Positions 29,274 through 39,464 of a stretch of DNA of 64,000 nt are shown here, in pieces. The stretch lies in NCBI GenBank assembly GCA_018814875.1, contig JAHIYH010000041.1:13958-77957 (forward strand), written 5' to 3'. The stretch comes from Patescibacteria group bacterium (GTDB lineage: Bacteria > Patescibacteriota > Gracilibacteria > Peribacterales > Peribacteraceae). The first letter of the stretch is position 1. Each line of letters starts with the position of its first letter. The notes beneath the pieces were generated by a model. The model worked only from the letters and a program-made list of their open reading frames with translations. It was not told where the DNA came from and made no database searches. The position numbers and the translations under genes were made by a program.

Positions 29274-30425
29274 ATGAATACTTCCGATCTACTCAAAGGC
29301 TACGATACCAAAAATATAACTGTAGGTGTCCTTGGTGGACACAGTGCACTGGATGTTTGTCATGGTGCGAAGCAGGTAGGACTCAAGACTGTCTGTGTTG
29401 CACGGAAGGGGAGAGAGAAGACGTATGCCGAGTTCTATCGAACTCGGAATGAAAAATTAAAAATGAGTAATGCAAAATTAGGTTGTGTTGATGAAACAAT
29501 CGTAGTGGATTCTTTTGAGAATGTGCTTAATAAAAAAATTCAGGAGAAGCTCAGAGAGCTAAATACAATCTTTATCCATAATAGGTATTTCTGGGTGTAC
29601 TTTGATGATTATTCAAAGGTAGAGAATGATTTTAAAGTACCGATCTTCGGCAATAGAAGTTATGTGAAAATTGAAGAGCGTGATCAGCCGTATAATCAGT
29701 ATCATTTATTGCAGGATGCTGGGATTCGGATACCGAAAATTTTCAAGAAGCCCGAAGATATAGATCGTCCGGTTTTGGTGAAGGCGAATGAAGCTATAAG
29801 GGGATACGAACGTGCTTTCTTTGTTGTTAACAGCAAAGATGAATGGGAGCAAAAAGGCAAATATCTTGAAAAACAGGGGGCAATTAAATCCAATTGGCGC
29901 GAAGCAACAATTGAGGAATTTATTATTGGAGCCCATGTTAATTTTAATTTCTTCTATTCGCCTTTAACCGGAGAATTGGAATTACTAGGGACAGATACTC
30001 GACGTCAAACCAATCTGGATGGATGGCTGCGTATGCCTGCATATCAGCAAGAAGCAATTATTGGGGATTATGATTTCAAACAACAGATTAAAATGATTGA
30101 AACTGGTCACATTGCGTGCACAGTGAAAGAGTCTCTTCTGGAAAAAGCTTTCGATCTCGGTGAGAAGTTCGTGGCGGCTACTAAAAAAATGGATGATAAA
30201 GGAATCATCGGACCGTTTGCTTTGCAAGGCGCAGTGGTTGCCGAAGAGGGGAAGGAAGATATTGTGATCTTTGATGTCTCATTGAGGATTCCCGGATCAC
30301 CTGGAACACGCTCTACTCCTTATTCAGGATACTTGTATGGAGAGCCAATGAGTGTTGGTGAACGCATCGGAATCGAAATAAAAGCAGCAATTGAGGAGAA
30401 TCGACTTGAAGAGGTGGTTACGTAA
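29274..30425 (+). CDS. purP: PurP-like ATP-grasp enzyme, copy 2 (divergent paralog)
   Basis: GVLGGHSALDVCHGAK, ERAFF, GPFALQG, DVSLRIPGSPG; start set at MNTSDLL. Confidence 0.87.
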   Translation: MNTSDLLKGYDTKNITVGVLGGHSALDVCHGAKQVGLKTVCVARKGREKTYAEFYRTRNEKLKMSNAKLGCVDETIVVDSFENVLNKKIQEKLRELNTIFIHNRYFWVYFDDYSKVENDFKVPIFGNRSYVKIEERDQPYNQYHLLQDAGIRIPKIFKKPEDIDRPVLVKANEAIRGYERAFFVVNSKDEWEQKGKYLEKQGAIKSNWREATIEEFIIGAHVNFNFFYSPLTGELELLGTDTRRQTNLDGWLRMPAYQQEAIIGDYDFKQQIKMIETGHIACTVKESLLEKAFDLGEKFVAATKKMDDKGIIGPFALQGAVVAEEGKEDIVIFDVSLRIPGSPGTRSTPYSGYLYGEPMSVGERIGIEIKAAIEENRLEEVVT

Positions 30426-30545
30426 AAATTCAGAATTAAGAATTAAGAATGTAGAATTCAGAATTAAGTATCAGATATTTATCTGGTTGTTTTTACTATT
30501 TAGCATGAATAATATAAGACGTAAGTGCTACCAGCTTCACTGGTA

Positions 30546-31130
30546 TCAAGTAAAGAGTAGACCATGATCCGGCGAGTCTAACTCTCCAAAAAGCGTTCGA
30601 ATGCGCGAGCGCTGTTCATGCAACTCCAGTATCGGATGTTTCGCGGTTTCTGCATCCAAGTAATCCATCATCGAACCAAATGTATGTACATCTGCAGAAC
30701 CTGGAACTAGAAAACGATCATGTTTCTCTGATAATCGGTTCGCTTTAGAATACTGGCGCACGACTTCTATGCCGCCAAATGGCAAGTTAATGATGTCGGT
30801 ATTCTCATCTATCGCTTCCTGAACACAAGCCGCAATTGGTTTGTCGGGTATCACACTAATGACGATTCGGTTCCTTCCCCGCAAACATGCTTTTTTCAGT
30901 TCTGGCGACCCAGAAAAGAAAGCAAACCACTCGTCGAATTCTTCGAGTTGGTCGGTCAGTTCTGACTCATCGTCCAACAACAACATTCGCAGTCGGATCG
31001 GATGGATTGTATCTTCCTGAATCTTCCCAAGGCGAGTTTCGACTCCTGCATTGACAGCCACGATGTGACGAATCTCATCATCGTTAGGCATCTCGGATGA
31101 TCCCTTTGAAGAATTCATTTGCTCGTGCAT
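30546..31130 (-). CDS. Hypothetical protein
   Basis: 194-aa ORF next to tRNA-Ala. Confidence 0.55.
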   Translation of the reverse strand: MHEQMNSSKGSSEMPNDDEIRHIVAVNAGVETRLGKIQEDTIHPIRLRMLLLDDESELTDQLEEFDEWFAFFSGSPELKKACLRGRNRIVISVIPDKPIAACVQEAIDENTDIINLPFGGIEVVRQYSKANRLSEKHDRFLVPGSADVHTFGSMMDYLDAETAKHPILELHEQRSRIRTLFGELDSPDHGLLFT

Positions 31131-31248
31131 GACCCCATTACCCTACTAGAGTGGTAGAGCGATTGGTAGCTTATCGGCAAGAATTTTAGCGAATTATCGC
31201 AGTTGAGAGACAATTTTGAGAGTACTGAAAAATATTAGTGAAAAGTTG

Positions 31249-31325
31249 TGGTGGAGCTGAAGGGATTCGAACCCTTGACCCCCGCGTTGCAAACGCGGTG
31301 CTCTAACCAACTGAGCTACAGCCCC
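31249..31325 (-). tRNA. tRNA-Ala (TGC)
   Basis: GGGGCTG..CAGCTCC-A-CCA; G3:U70 pair; anticodon TGC. Confidence 0.97.
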
Positions 31326-31384
31326 ACAAGAACGAAAGAATTGTACAGAGTTAAATTTGAAAATCTACACAGGTTTAAAAGAAT

Positions 31385-31627
31385 TTATCCAATCCCAAAT
31401 GCTCCGAATGGTTTAAGTATTGGCTTTAGGAATACGTTCTCTAGATCAAAAATCATAAGCAAGCTCCAAAAGAAGATGGCGATTGCTGCGAAAATAGTAA
31501 TGGTGAAGACACCGCCCAAGCGTTGCATCCAGAGGGCATCGCCAACCGTGTCACCGATCATTCTTCTAAATTTAATCATGAATAATGAAAGTGCGATACC
31601 TATGAATCCAAGAATAATGTCTCCCAT
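31385..31627 (-). CDS. Small two-TM membrane protein
   Basis: 80 aa from MGDIILG. Confidence 0.65.
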   Translation of the reverse strand: MGDIILGFIGIALSLFMIKFRRMIGDTVGDALWMQRLGGVFTITIFAAIAIFFWSLLMIFDLENVFLKPILKPFGAFGIG

Positions 31628-31812
31628 GGGTTGAAGTGTAAAACAAAGCGGAGATAGGTTCAATCTTTTGATACTACTTACAAAGTAATCCAAGGAAACC
31701 AAAGAAACCAAAGAAATCGAGGGGCTTTGGTAATACATTTATCAAAGGTAATTGCTGGAATTCTGTCACCACTTTGGATTCCTTGGATTCTTTGGTTTCC
31801 TTGGATTCCTGT

Positions 31813-32130
31813 TTATAGGACTGCATCCAATTCCTTCTTCATATCTTCCTTAGACTTTGCACCTACAAAAGTTGCAACAGGTTCACCGTCTTTAAATATA
31901 ATGAAAGTAGGAATACTCATCACACTGTACTTGCCGGGAGTTTCTGTATTTTCATCCACGTTCACCTTCGTTACTTTCACCTTTCCTTCGTATTCAGTGG
32001 AAAGTTCATCAACAATAGGGGACATAGATTTGCATGGTCCACACCACGGAGCCCAGAAGTCTACTAGAACGGGGATATCTGATTTAAGCACTTCTGCTTC
32101 GAAGTCTGCGTCGGTTAGTTCTTTAGCCAT
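31813..32130 (-). CDS. trxA: Thioredoxin
   Basis: WAPWCGPCK, SIPTF. Confidence 0.97.
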   Translation of the reverse strand: MAKELTDADFEAEVLKSDIPVLVDFWAPWCGPCKSMSPIVDELSTEYEGKVKVTKVNVDENTETPGKYSVMSIPTFIIFKDGEPVATFVGAKSKEDMKKELDAVL

Positions 32131-32280
32131 AAATTCTTAAGGGAAAATTACAAATACGTTTTGATTATAGTCTTGTCACTAAAGTCATGCCAGCTACGTT
32201 ACTTCGTTATTTCGTTATTTCGTTACTTTGATCACAATTAACCTTAGGATTGGCTACACACGAAATAACGAGATAACGAA

Positions 32281-33570
32281 TTAACGCTTCTCTGGTTCTT
32301 TATCAGATAGAATACCCTTCGTTATCTTCTTACCAACCTCCACCGCTGGTTGCCCATATGGATCGATTCTATAGAGTTTGCCTAGCAGAATGACTTCGGT
32401 CAGGAACAAGAAGAAGAGTTGCCCAAGTGTTTCTTCGGATAATTTTGGAAGTGTAATAGTGATGTGTGGGCGTTTGGCATTGGTTAGAGCTTGGCTTGTA
32501 CCTTTATGACACGCATCAAAGAGTTCGCCGAACTTCTTTCCTGCAATGTAAGAGAACGAGTCATCAACTTCCATTGGAACATTCACTGAGCCTTGATCTG
32601 CTTCTTTGATAAAGATGTGCCAGCACTTGCGTGGACCATCCTGCCACTGTTGCAATAATGAGTGCTGATCTTGTGTTCCGATTGCGGCGAGCGGAATGGG
32701 ATTATGTGTTTCCGTCTTGCCCAAGCTTTCGGCGATCAATTGCTGATCCCAGCGTGCGATTGATTCTAGTCTTTGGGAGTAGGGCATTATCACGCGGATC
32801 GGATAGTCGCGTTTAGTGTCTAACAAAAATTGCACACTTGCGAGAAGTGCAGCTGGATTCTCGTCTATGTCAGTATTCTGGCAAGCTGTATCCATCTTCT
32901 TGGCGCCTTCGGCGAATGCATCTATGTTTCCTCCAAGCAGTGCCAATGGCAAAAGTCCAACAGGAGTAAAAATCGAGTAACGTCCTCCGACTTCCGAAGG
33001 AATGGGGAGCATGGGGATATTATTCTCTTTGGCAAAGTTGTGGAGGATTCCTTTCTGTGGATCGGTGACTGCAATTACTCGTTCGGCTGCACGCTCCTTC
33101 ATTGCCTTCTTCATGTTCTCCCAACATAGAAAGAAGAGGCTCATTGGTTCCAGTGTTCCGCCCGACTTACTTGCGATCACCAGCATCGCGCGTCTCCAGT
33201 CGATCAACTTCATATTCATTTCGATCATCGCAGGATCTATAGAATCCAATAAAATGAACTCGATTGTATCCGGACTTTCGAATGCTTCCTGAATTACTTT
33301 TGGACCGAGCCCCGATCCTCCAATGCCAATCCATACCACCTGACGAATCTTCTCCGTTTTGGCATACTGTGCTGTATTTTTAACTGCGTTGATCGTTTGC
33401 TTGTTATATGGATCCATAGACCACAAGTGCTCGCCTTTCTTGCGTTCATGCAAAAAGTTCTCAGTATTACGTTTCATAGTTGTACGTAGTGCTGAGAGCT
33501 CTTGATCGGGTATTCCGAGTGATGGGGTAATTGTTTTGGCTAGGGCGCCGGTGATATCAAGGGTGATCAT
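32281..33570 (-). CDS. pgi: Glucose-6-phosphate isomerase
   Basis: IGIGGSGLGP, SKSGGTLE, VGGRYS, AESLGK, DQHS, QPAVEVGK. Confidence 0.94.
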   Translation of the reverse strand: MITLDITGALAKTITPSLGIPDQELSALRTTMKRNTENFLHERKKGEHLWSMDPYNKQTINAVKNTAQYAKTEKIRQVVWIGIGGSGLGPKVIQEAFESPDTIEFILLDSIDPAMIEMNMKLIDWRRAMLVIASKSGGTLEPMSLFFLCWENMKKAMKERAAERVIAVTDPQKGILHNFAKENNIPMLPIPSEVGGRYSIFTPVGLLPLALLGGNIDAFAEGAKKMDTACQNTDIDENPAALLASVQFLLDTKRDYPIRVIMPYSQRLESIARWDQQLIAESLGKTETHNPIPLAAIGTQDQHSLLQQWQDGPRKCWHIFIKEADQGSVNVPMEVDDSFSYIAGKKFGELFDACHKGTSQALTNAKRPHITITLPKLSEETLGQLFFLFLTEVILLGKLYRIDPYGQPAVEVGKKITKGILSDKEPEKR

Positions 33571-33612
33571 GGGGCTTAGGGCGTAGGGTGTTGGGCGTTG
33601 GGAAGCTACATA

Positions 33613-34197
33613 TTATAAGGCTCTGAGGGCTGCAGCAACGCGTTCTTCGGAAGTTTTTGCCGTTTCTGGTGTGCCTTTGAGTGCGTGCAGTGCAGTTGCC
33701 GTGTCGTATCCAAGAGACTTAAGTGCATCAATTGCATCTTGGTCGAAGTGTGCGGTTGTGCCTGACATTTCTGTGCGTTCCTTTGCGAAAATCTGTGGAT
33801 GCTTTTCTGTGAGTGACTTCAGATCTACCAAGAGCTTTTCCGCTGTTTTCTTTCCTACACCTTTTATAGAGTTAAGCATCTTGGAGTCTTGTTGTTCGAT
33901 GGCAGTCAGCAATAAGCTGCGGGGAACCGAGCAAATCTCCAGTGCAGTTTTTGGTCCAATACCAGGGAGATTAATTGCTTCTTCAAAGAGGAGCTTGCTT
34001 GTCTTGTCTAAAAATCCAAAAAGATCGAAACGATCTTCTCTAACAAAAGTTTTGATATGCAGTTCTTGATCCTCGCCTTCCTTTACGTTGTCCCATACAT
34101 CGATTGGTACAGAAACATCGTAACCCACTCCGTTAACATCGATTGTGAGCTCTTGTATTTCGCCTTTGTGGATGGTTCCGCGGAGGAGGGAGATCAT
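33613..34197 (-). CDS. ruvA: Holliday junction branch migration protein RuvA
   Basis: DVNGVGY, VRED, GIGPKTA, GVGKKTAEK. Confidence 0.96.
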   Translation of the reverse strand: MISLLRGTIHKGEIQELTIDVNGVGYDVSVPIDVWDNVKEGEDQELHIKTFVREDRFDLFGFLDKTSKLLFEEAINLPGIGPKTALEICSVPRSLLLTAIEQQDSKMLNSIKGVGKKTAEKLLVDLKSLTEKHPQIFAKERTEMSGTTAHFDQDAIDALKSLGYDTATALHALKGTPETAKTSEERVAAALRAL

Positions 34198-34401
34198 AGG
34201 TGGGTATGATAGCAGATTAAGAAGGTAAGGTATGTAAGGTAGGTAAGGTAGGTAAGGTAGGTAAGGTAGGTAAAGTGTGACCTACAGTACTTACAATACT
34301 TACAATACTTACAATACTTACAATACTTACAATACTTACCTTACTTAGCGAGACAGCAAAAACAGTGCACAAATTTGCGAATTCCGCTATAATAGACAGA
34401 A

Positions 34402-35604
34402 ATGCATATCCTTCAACGATTCATCGTTACTGCCGTGCTCCTTGTGGCACTTGTACCGCTCATGACGCTTGCGTTGACCGATCTGGGTGAAAGGAACAAG
34501 GCAGTAGAGAATCTAGATCAGGCGATTGAACGTGCGGTGGGTGAATACAATGCACAGCGTTACGTTAAGGGGGTCAACGAAGGCGATGCAGAAAAAGCAC
34601 GTGTGCGTCTTGGAGAAGTTGCACGGCTAAAAGGAAACACAGACATTCAACTTGCAGCTTATCGGAAAGTTTCCGATCAATTAAAAGAAAGGTTTGGTCT
34701 TGATGGTGAGAGAAAAGGTGGGTTGGAGAAAGTGCCATTCAAACTGTTCTCTTTGTATGAGAGTTATCCTATGCACGATGCAGCACCTACGAATCTCAAA
34801 TCACTCATGCTTTCTTTCGTCCCAGTTATTTCTGGTAAACAACTTCGCGAGCATGTTCTCAATTCAAAACTCTCTAATCTCAAAATACTTCTTACAGAGG
34901 TAGGGGAGAATGAAGACACAGTCGCATCTTTGGAGCAGAGTCAGAGTTCTCTTCAAAAAGAATATGATCAAGTTGCATACACTATTGATCGTGCAGAGAA
35001 GTACGGTGAAATTGGTGGTGGACGTACCGATGAGATCAAGCGTGTTATGGAAGAGGTGCATGCACAAGTCCTTCGTATGCAGTCGGATCTCGCACGTATA
35101 GATGCACGATTGCGTGAAAAAACTCAGCGCAAGCTAATCGAAAAGGGATTGATGGATCCAAAGACAGGAGATAACAAACAAGGAATCGTTCCATTCACAC
35201 CAAAATTTACATGGCCTGCATATGGTCCAATTTCGGCAACGTTCATGCAGCCTAGTTACCAGCAGTATTTTGGTATTCCGCATCGTGGGATGGATATTGT
35301 AATCGGGCAGGGGAGTCCGATTGTCAGTGCGGCCGATGGAGTTGTTTTCCTTACAAAAAATGGAGGAGTGAGCGGATACTCATATATACTCATCGGACAT
35401 CGTGGTGGATATGCAACGCTCTATGGTCACTTGTCACATATCTCAGTACATGCAGGGCAGGACGTTACAGCGGGAGAAATTATTGGAGCAAGCGGAGGTA
35501 CACCTAGGACGCGCGGTGCGGGGCCAACTACAACAGGAGCCCATCTACACTTTGAAGTGATCAAAGGTGGAGTGAATGTGAATCCGAGGGGGATGTTGCC
35601 TTAG
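34402..35604 (+). CDS. M23 family peptidase with coiled-coil N-terminus
   Basis: HRGMD, YGHLS, HLHFE. Confidence 0.92.
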   Translation: MHILQRFIVTAVLLVALVPLMTLALTDLGERNKAVENLDQAIERAVGEYNAQRYVKGVNEGDAEKARVRLGEVARLKGNTDIQLAAYRKVSDQLKERFGLDGERKGGLEKVPFKLFSLYESYPMHDAAPTNLKSLMLSFVPVISGKQLREHVLNSKLSNLKILLTEVGENEDTVASLEQSQSSLQKEYDQVAYTIDRAEKYGEIGGGRTDEIKRVMEEVHAQVLRMQSDLARIDARLREKTQRKLIEKGLMDPKTGDNKQGIVPFTPKFTWPAYGPISATFMQPSYQQYFGIPHRGMDIVIGQGSPIVSAADGVVFLTKNGGVSGYSYILIGHRGGYATLYGHLSHISVHAGQDVTAGEIIGASGGTPRTRGAGPTTTGAHLHFEVIKGGVNVNPRGMLP

Positions 35605-35675
35605 CTTAGGGGCTAGGGGTTGGGGGGCTAGGGATTATAATTCTTTTTCGTATCATGTAATTTTTCTAGCCCCTA

Positions 35676-35775
35676 GGGAACCTCTGATTAATACATAAAA
35701 CGTAGCGCGGATTCGGCTATCCGCGCAGATCGTGCAGGTAACCGAACCTGCACTACGTGTTTTTCAGAGGTTCCC
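35676..35775. mobile_element. 100-bp MITE-like element with 12-bp TIR, carrying an inverted GTAG-REP doublet
   Basis: GGGAACCTCTGA ... TCAGAGGTTCCC flanked by TA on both sides; REPs at 35702-35726 and 35732-35756. Confidence 0.75.
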
Positions 35776-35814
35776 TAAATCCTAGCCCCTAAAACATGTA
35801 TCATACATCTCACA

Positions 35815-36765
35815 ATGATCTTCACTTCGCCATCCGTCAGACAGTTCGCCCTAGCGCAGATGCTTTTGGCGGTCATTCTGGCAAATCTGAATCCCATTTT
35901 TTCAAAAATTCTCTATGCGCGCGGATGGACTCCAGCCAGCCTTTACTTTGTTACACTAATTATTGTTGGCACTATCCTGCTGATACATGAATATATCGAT
36001 TTCGATCGGCATATGCGGTGGCAGATGCGAAAACGAGATTTTATAGGTGTGCTGGTGACAACACTAACCGGTGGTGTGCTTGCTCCACTTTTTTTCTTTA
36101 CAGGTTTGCAGCAAGTAACCGCTTCCGAATCGATTATCATTTCTAGCATGCTGCCATTCTTTGTGGTGTTCTTTGGAATATTTCTTTTGGGGGAGCGCTT
36201 TAAGCGTCAAATGTTTTTTGGAGGATTCTTTATTGTGTGTGGAGTTCTGGTAATCCTGTGGCCAGACATTCAGTCGTTTCATCTTAGTAGAGGGGTACCA
36301 TTAATCCTTGGCTCAACATTTTTTGGCGCAATGACTACCATCGTCCACAAGAAATATATTAAGCACCGCCACTTAGATTCAGTAGTCCTAATACGCACCT
36401 TGCTTGCTATTATTCTGGTGGGACTGTGGATGATTATCTTTGAGCCACAAGGATTCCAGATTATCTCTACACCAGAAAATATTTGGCTGATTCTAGCGGT
36501 ACCCATCTTTTCTTTCATCCTACCGTACTTCCTATTCTTCAATGCACTTAAGACTCTTAAGGCGATAGATGCTGGGGTTATAGAAGCTGCTGGGCGCGTG
36601 TTTGCAGTGGTGACTGCGAGTGTGATCCTTGGTGAGAACCTTACTTCTTACCATCTTCTTAGTATGTTGCTTATTGTGTTTGGTGTTCTCTTTATTAATG
36701 TGCCACTTACTAAGTTGAGGATTGTTCCTTCAAGATTGATGGAGATGGGGCCGTTGAGGAAGTAA
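35815..36765 (+). CDS. DMT/EamA family transporter
   Basis: About 10 TM segments in two EamA-like halves (FLLGERF, VILGENL). Confidence 0.9.
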   Translation: MIFTSPSVRQFALAQMLLAVILANLNPIFSKILYARGWTPASLYFVTLIIVGTILLIHEYIDFDRHMRWQMRKRDFIGVLVTTLTGGVLAPLFFFTGLQQVTASESIIISSMLPFFVVFFGIFLLGERFKRQMFFGGFFIVCGVLVILWPDIQSFHLSRGVPLILGSTFFGAMTTIVHKKYIKHRHLDSVVLIRTLLAIILVGLWMIIFEPQGFQIISTPENIWLILAVPIFSFILPYFLFFNALKTLKAIDAGVIEAAGRVFAVVTASVILGENLTSYHLLSMLLIVFGVLFINVPLTKLRIVPSRLMEMGPLRK

Positions 36766-36850
36766 ATTGTAACTATTATTCAAAAGGAGTAGGATTTCCC
36801 TCCAGCCTTTGTAAACAACGGTTCTCAGTTCCTCACAATGGGAGATAAGC

Positions 36851-37195
36851 ATGTCTAATTTAGAGCTGACAGAAAACATTCAGGCAGTCTTGTTCATTTT
36901 AGCCGGCATGGTGTCGGGAGCGATCCCAATGTTATGCTACGTGGTTGCCAGTAAAAGACTAGAGCAACCTGAAAATCGATTTATTATTCTTCTTGTGAAG
37001 CTTGTGTTTGGTTTGAATGCCATTGCCGGCGTCGCAATCGGAATTGGAATAGCGGTTTACGCATACAATGCCAGACCTGGGTTTAACTCCGAAAGTGCAG
37101 TAGGGCTTTGGTTTACGGGATGCGTGCTTATAGCAGTTTTGTATTTTACCGTTCTTCGGAAAATTAAAAAAAAGGAGATACAAATCGTCCAATGA
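36851..37195 (+). CDS. Small hypothetical membrane protein
   Basis: 3 TM segments; GGAG SD upstream. Confidence 0.65.
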   Translation: MSNLELTENIQAVLFILAGMVSGAIPMLCYVVASKRLEQPENRFIILLVKLVFGLNAIAGVAIGIGIAVYAYNARPGFNSESAVGLWFTGCVLIAVLYFTVLRKIKKKEIQIVQ

Positions 37196-37341
37196 GAACC
37201 GTCATAACGGTCGAAAAGGGGGTGGCTTATCGCAGTCGCTCCCTATTTTTAATGTAAAGGATTATTGACATACAACACCAAATAGCGTCTAATATCTTGG
37301 TCGGTCGTTTTTTCACACTTCTCAGGGAAGAGGAGACAGTT

Positions 37342-37629
37342 ATGTTTGTTCTGGTTATTCTGTCTGGAGTTTCCGGATGGGCACTCTTCGAATACAGAAG
37401 AGGTTCATCAAATGACTCCTTCCTAGTCGCGTTCGTTGTTGCCAATGCAGGTTCGTTGTTTCAATGCATCGAACTCTCAATGGCACACAACTACTTCCTT
37501 GTTGTAGGAACGTGGTTGGGGAGTATCTTTTTATTCCCCGTTGGATACTCCGTGTGCATGATCTACGTTCGGATCGAGAATTGGTTCAAGAGAACCTACT
37601 TTTGTATCCGAAACTGGATGTGCCGATGA
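37342..37629 (+). CDS. Small hypothetical membrane protein
   Basis: GAGGAG SD; hydrophobic; terminator-like hairpin at 37646-37675. Confidence 0.55.
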   Translation: MFVLVILSGVSGWALFEYRRGSSNDSFLVAFVVANAGSLFQCIELSMAHNYFLVVGTWLGSIFLFPVGYSVCMIYVRIENWFKRTYFCIRNWMCR

Positions 37630-37790
37630 TGGCTGACAATGTGTGGCGGGGTCCTTGTGGATCCCGTCGTTTTTTAAATTGTGTGGAACTAGGATTCACA
37701 AGATTAAAAGGATTCACAGGATTAATCCTGTCCATCTTTTTAATCCTTTAAATCTTAGTTCAGACTTTTCTTTGTCATAGCTTCATCCTT

Positions 37791-37939
37791 GTCTGAATCA
37801 CCCTCCTTCGCCTCCCCACTTCGCCTCTTGGCTACGAGGGGCAGGCTGGGCTACGGCCGGTAAGCACGGATTACACTGATGACGATGCGCCCGTCTAATC
37901 CGTGACATCAGTGTAATCCCTTTAATCCGTGGTTCAGAC
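37791..37939. mobile_element. GGATTA/TAATCC-array element with TIR GTCTGAAYCAC..GTGRTTCAGAC; relatives at 37681-37765, 38407-38592, 46701-46809, 50120-50271, 62240-62347
   Basis: Conserved inverted termini and ~9-nt periodic interior. Confidence 0.7.
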
Positions 37940-38060
37940 TTTTTCTGCAGTTAAAAGAACTAATACAGGCTAACAAGTATGTCATAATAGTTTGACATCA
38001 TTAGTATTGAGTCTATCTTGTCTGACCGACCGTTGTTCTCTTACAATCAGAGGTAAAAAA

Positions 38061-38348
38061 ATGGAAACCTTGGTTTTGGGCATTACGATGTTTATCGTCG
38101 CAGTGTTCAACGTCGTGGTTGGTCTTATAATGCTATGCAAAGATTACAGTGAGACTGGTTTTGATATGGACGATAGTATAGTCATGCGTCTTGTTGGACT
38201 GTGCTTCTATATCATGACAGGTCTTATAGTAATTTTATGTTTGCCACTTGTACATTATTCATGGGTTCAGATACTTGTACATTTTTTAAATGGCATGTAC
38301 GGAATCTTCTTGATATATGTAGTGGGTAGCAGAAGGATCAGCTTGTAG
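38061..38348 (+). CDS. Small hypothetical membrane protein
   Basis: GAGGT SD; TTGACA upstream; hairpin GGGCGG..CCGCCC after the stop. Confidence 0.65.
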   Translation: METLVLGITMFIVAVFNVVVGLIMLCKDYSETGFDMDDSIVMRLVGLCFYIMTGLIVILCLPLVHYSWVQILVHFLNGMYGIFLIYVVGSRRISL

Positions 38349-38493
38349 TCGGATCCGGGCGGTGCTTAGCGCCGCCCTTCTCTTTAATGATGCGTTGATG
38401 AGAATTGTCTGAATCACGGATTATGCATTCTGGAACCATGATTAAAAGGATTAAAGGATTAGCATGATTCACTAAAACAATCCTGTAATCCTT

Positions 38494-38557
38494 CTTGTCG
38501 GCCGTAGCCCAGCCTGCCCCTCGTAGCCAAGAGGCGAAGTGGGGAGGCGAAGGCTGG
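38494..38557 (+). repeat. Nested double REP-like element; near-identical copies at 37801-37864 (minus), 46735-46799 and 50182-50245
   Basis: Shared core ccgtagcc(c/a)agcctgcccctcgtagccaagaggcgaagtggggaggcgaagg. Confidence 0.92.
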
Positions 38558-38615
38558 TAATCCGTTAAATCTGCGTAATCTGTGATTCAGACAGTGAAGG
38601 TTCAAACACCCCGCT

Positions 38616-39287
38616 TCAAACAGCCTCAATCACCACCACAAACTCACCCTTATTCGTAATTTCTTTCGCTACAGTTGGAAGTCCTTCTACAGTCGTTTCG
38701 ATTACTTCTTCGTGAAGTTTGGTTAGTTCTCTTGCGATTACTATTTTGCGATCAGGTTGTTCGCTCAAGGCTTCAGAGAGTTCGATTAATGTTTTTTCGA
38801 TTCGATGAACAGATTCGTAGAAGACAATGGTATGTTTTTCTTCTGCAAAGGATTTGATAAGGCGCTTCCTTCCTTTTTTTACAGGGAGAAATCCCAGATA
38901 AAGGAATTGATTTGCCGGTAGTCCGCTTATGCTTAAAGCTGCGAGAAAGGCAGATGGACCAGGGATTACCTCGATTTCGATACCACGTTCACGGGCTCTA
39001 CTTATGAGTTTGAATCCGGGGTCAGAGATACCAGGGGTTCCAGCGTCTGAAGTAACTGCCATGTTTTCTCCTTTCTTAAGGCGCCTTAAAACTATCTCAA
39101 TTTTTTGATCAGATGTGTAGCTGTGCATAGAGATGAATTCTTTCTTTGGAATTTCCAATTGTGTGCAGAGTTTCCCAGCTACGCGAGTGTCTTCGCAGAT
39201 GATTGCGTCTACTTTAGATAGTGTTTCGATAGCACGTTTGGTGATGTCACCGAGGTTGCCGATAGGGGTGGAGACGATTGAGAGCAT
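38616..39287 (-). CDS. rsmI: 16S rRNA (cytidine1402-2'-O)-methyltransferase
   Basis: TPIGNLGDIT, CEDTR, SDAGTPGISDPG, RELTKLHEE. Confidence 0.96.
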   Translation of the reverse strand: MLSIVSTPIGNLGDITKRAIETLSKVDAIICEDTRVAGKLCTQLEIPKKEFISMHSYTSDQKIEIVLRRLKKGENMAVTSDAGTPGISDPGFKLISRARERGIEIEVIPGPSAFLAALSISGLPANQFLYLGFLPVKKGRKRLIKSFAEEKHTIVFYESVHRIEKTLIELSEALSEQPDRKIVIARELTKLHEEVIETTVEGLPTVAKEITNKGEFVVVIEAV

Positions 39288-39288
39288 A

Positions 39289-39398
39289 TTAGGGCGTAGG
39301 GTGTAGGGCGTAGGGTGTAGGGAGTAGGGTGTAGGGCGTAGGGCGTAGGGGTTATCAATCGCACCAATATTATCCTACCCCCAACGCCCAACGCCCCA
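39289..39398. repeat. Inverted pair of TAGGGCG/CGCCCTA arrays; family also at 33577-33602 and in frame at 22767-22820
   Basis: Seen directly. Confidence 0.88.
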
Positions 39399-39464
39399 TA
39401 ACAAAAAACTGCCCTATCAAAACTCTTTCATTTTTATAGAATTTCGGTATCCTCTCCAAGACAT

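Noticed and set aside
31248..31634. 128-aa plus-strand ORF
   Set aside because: Antisense to tRNA-Ala and to the small membrane gene
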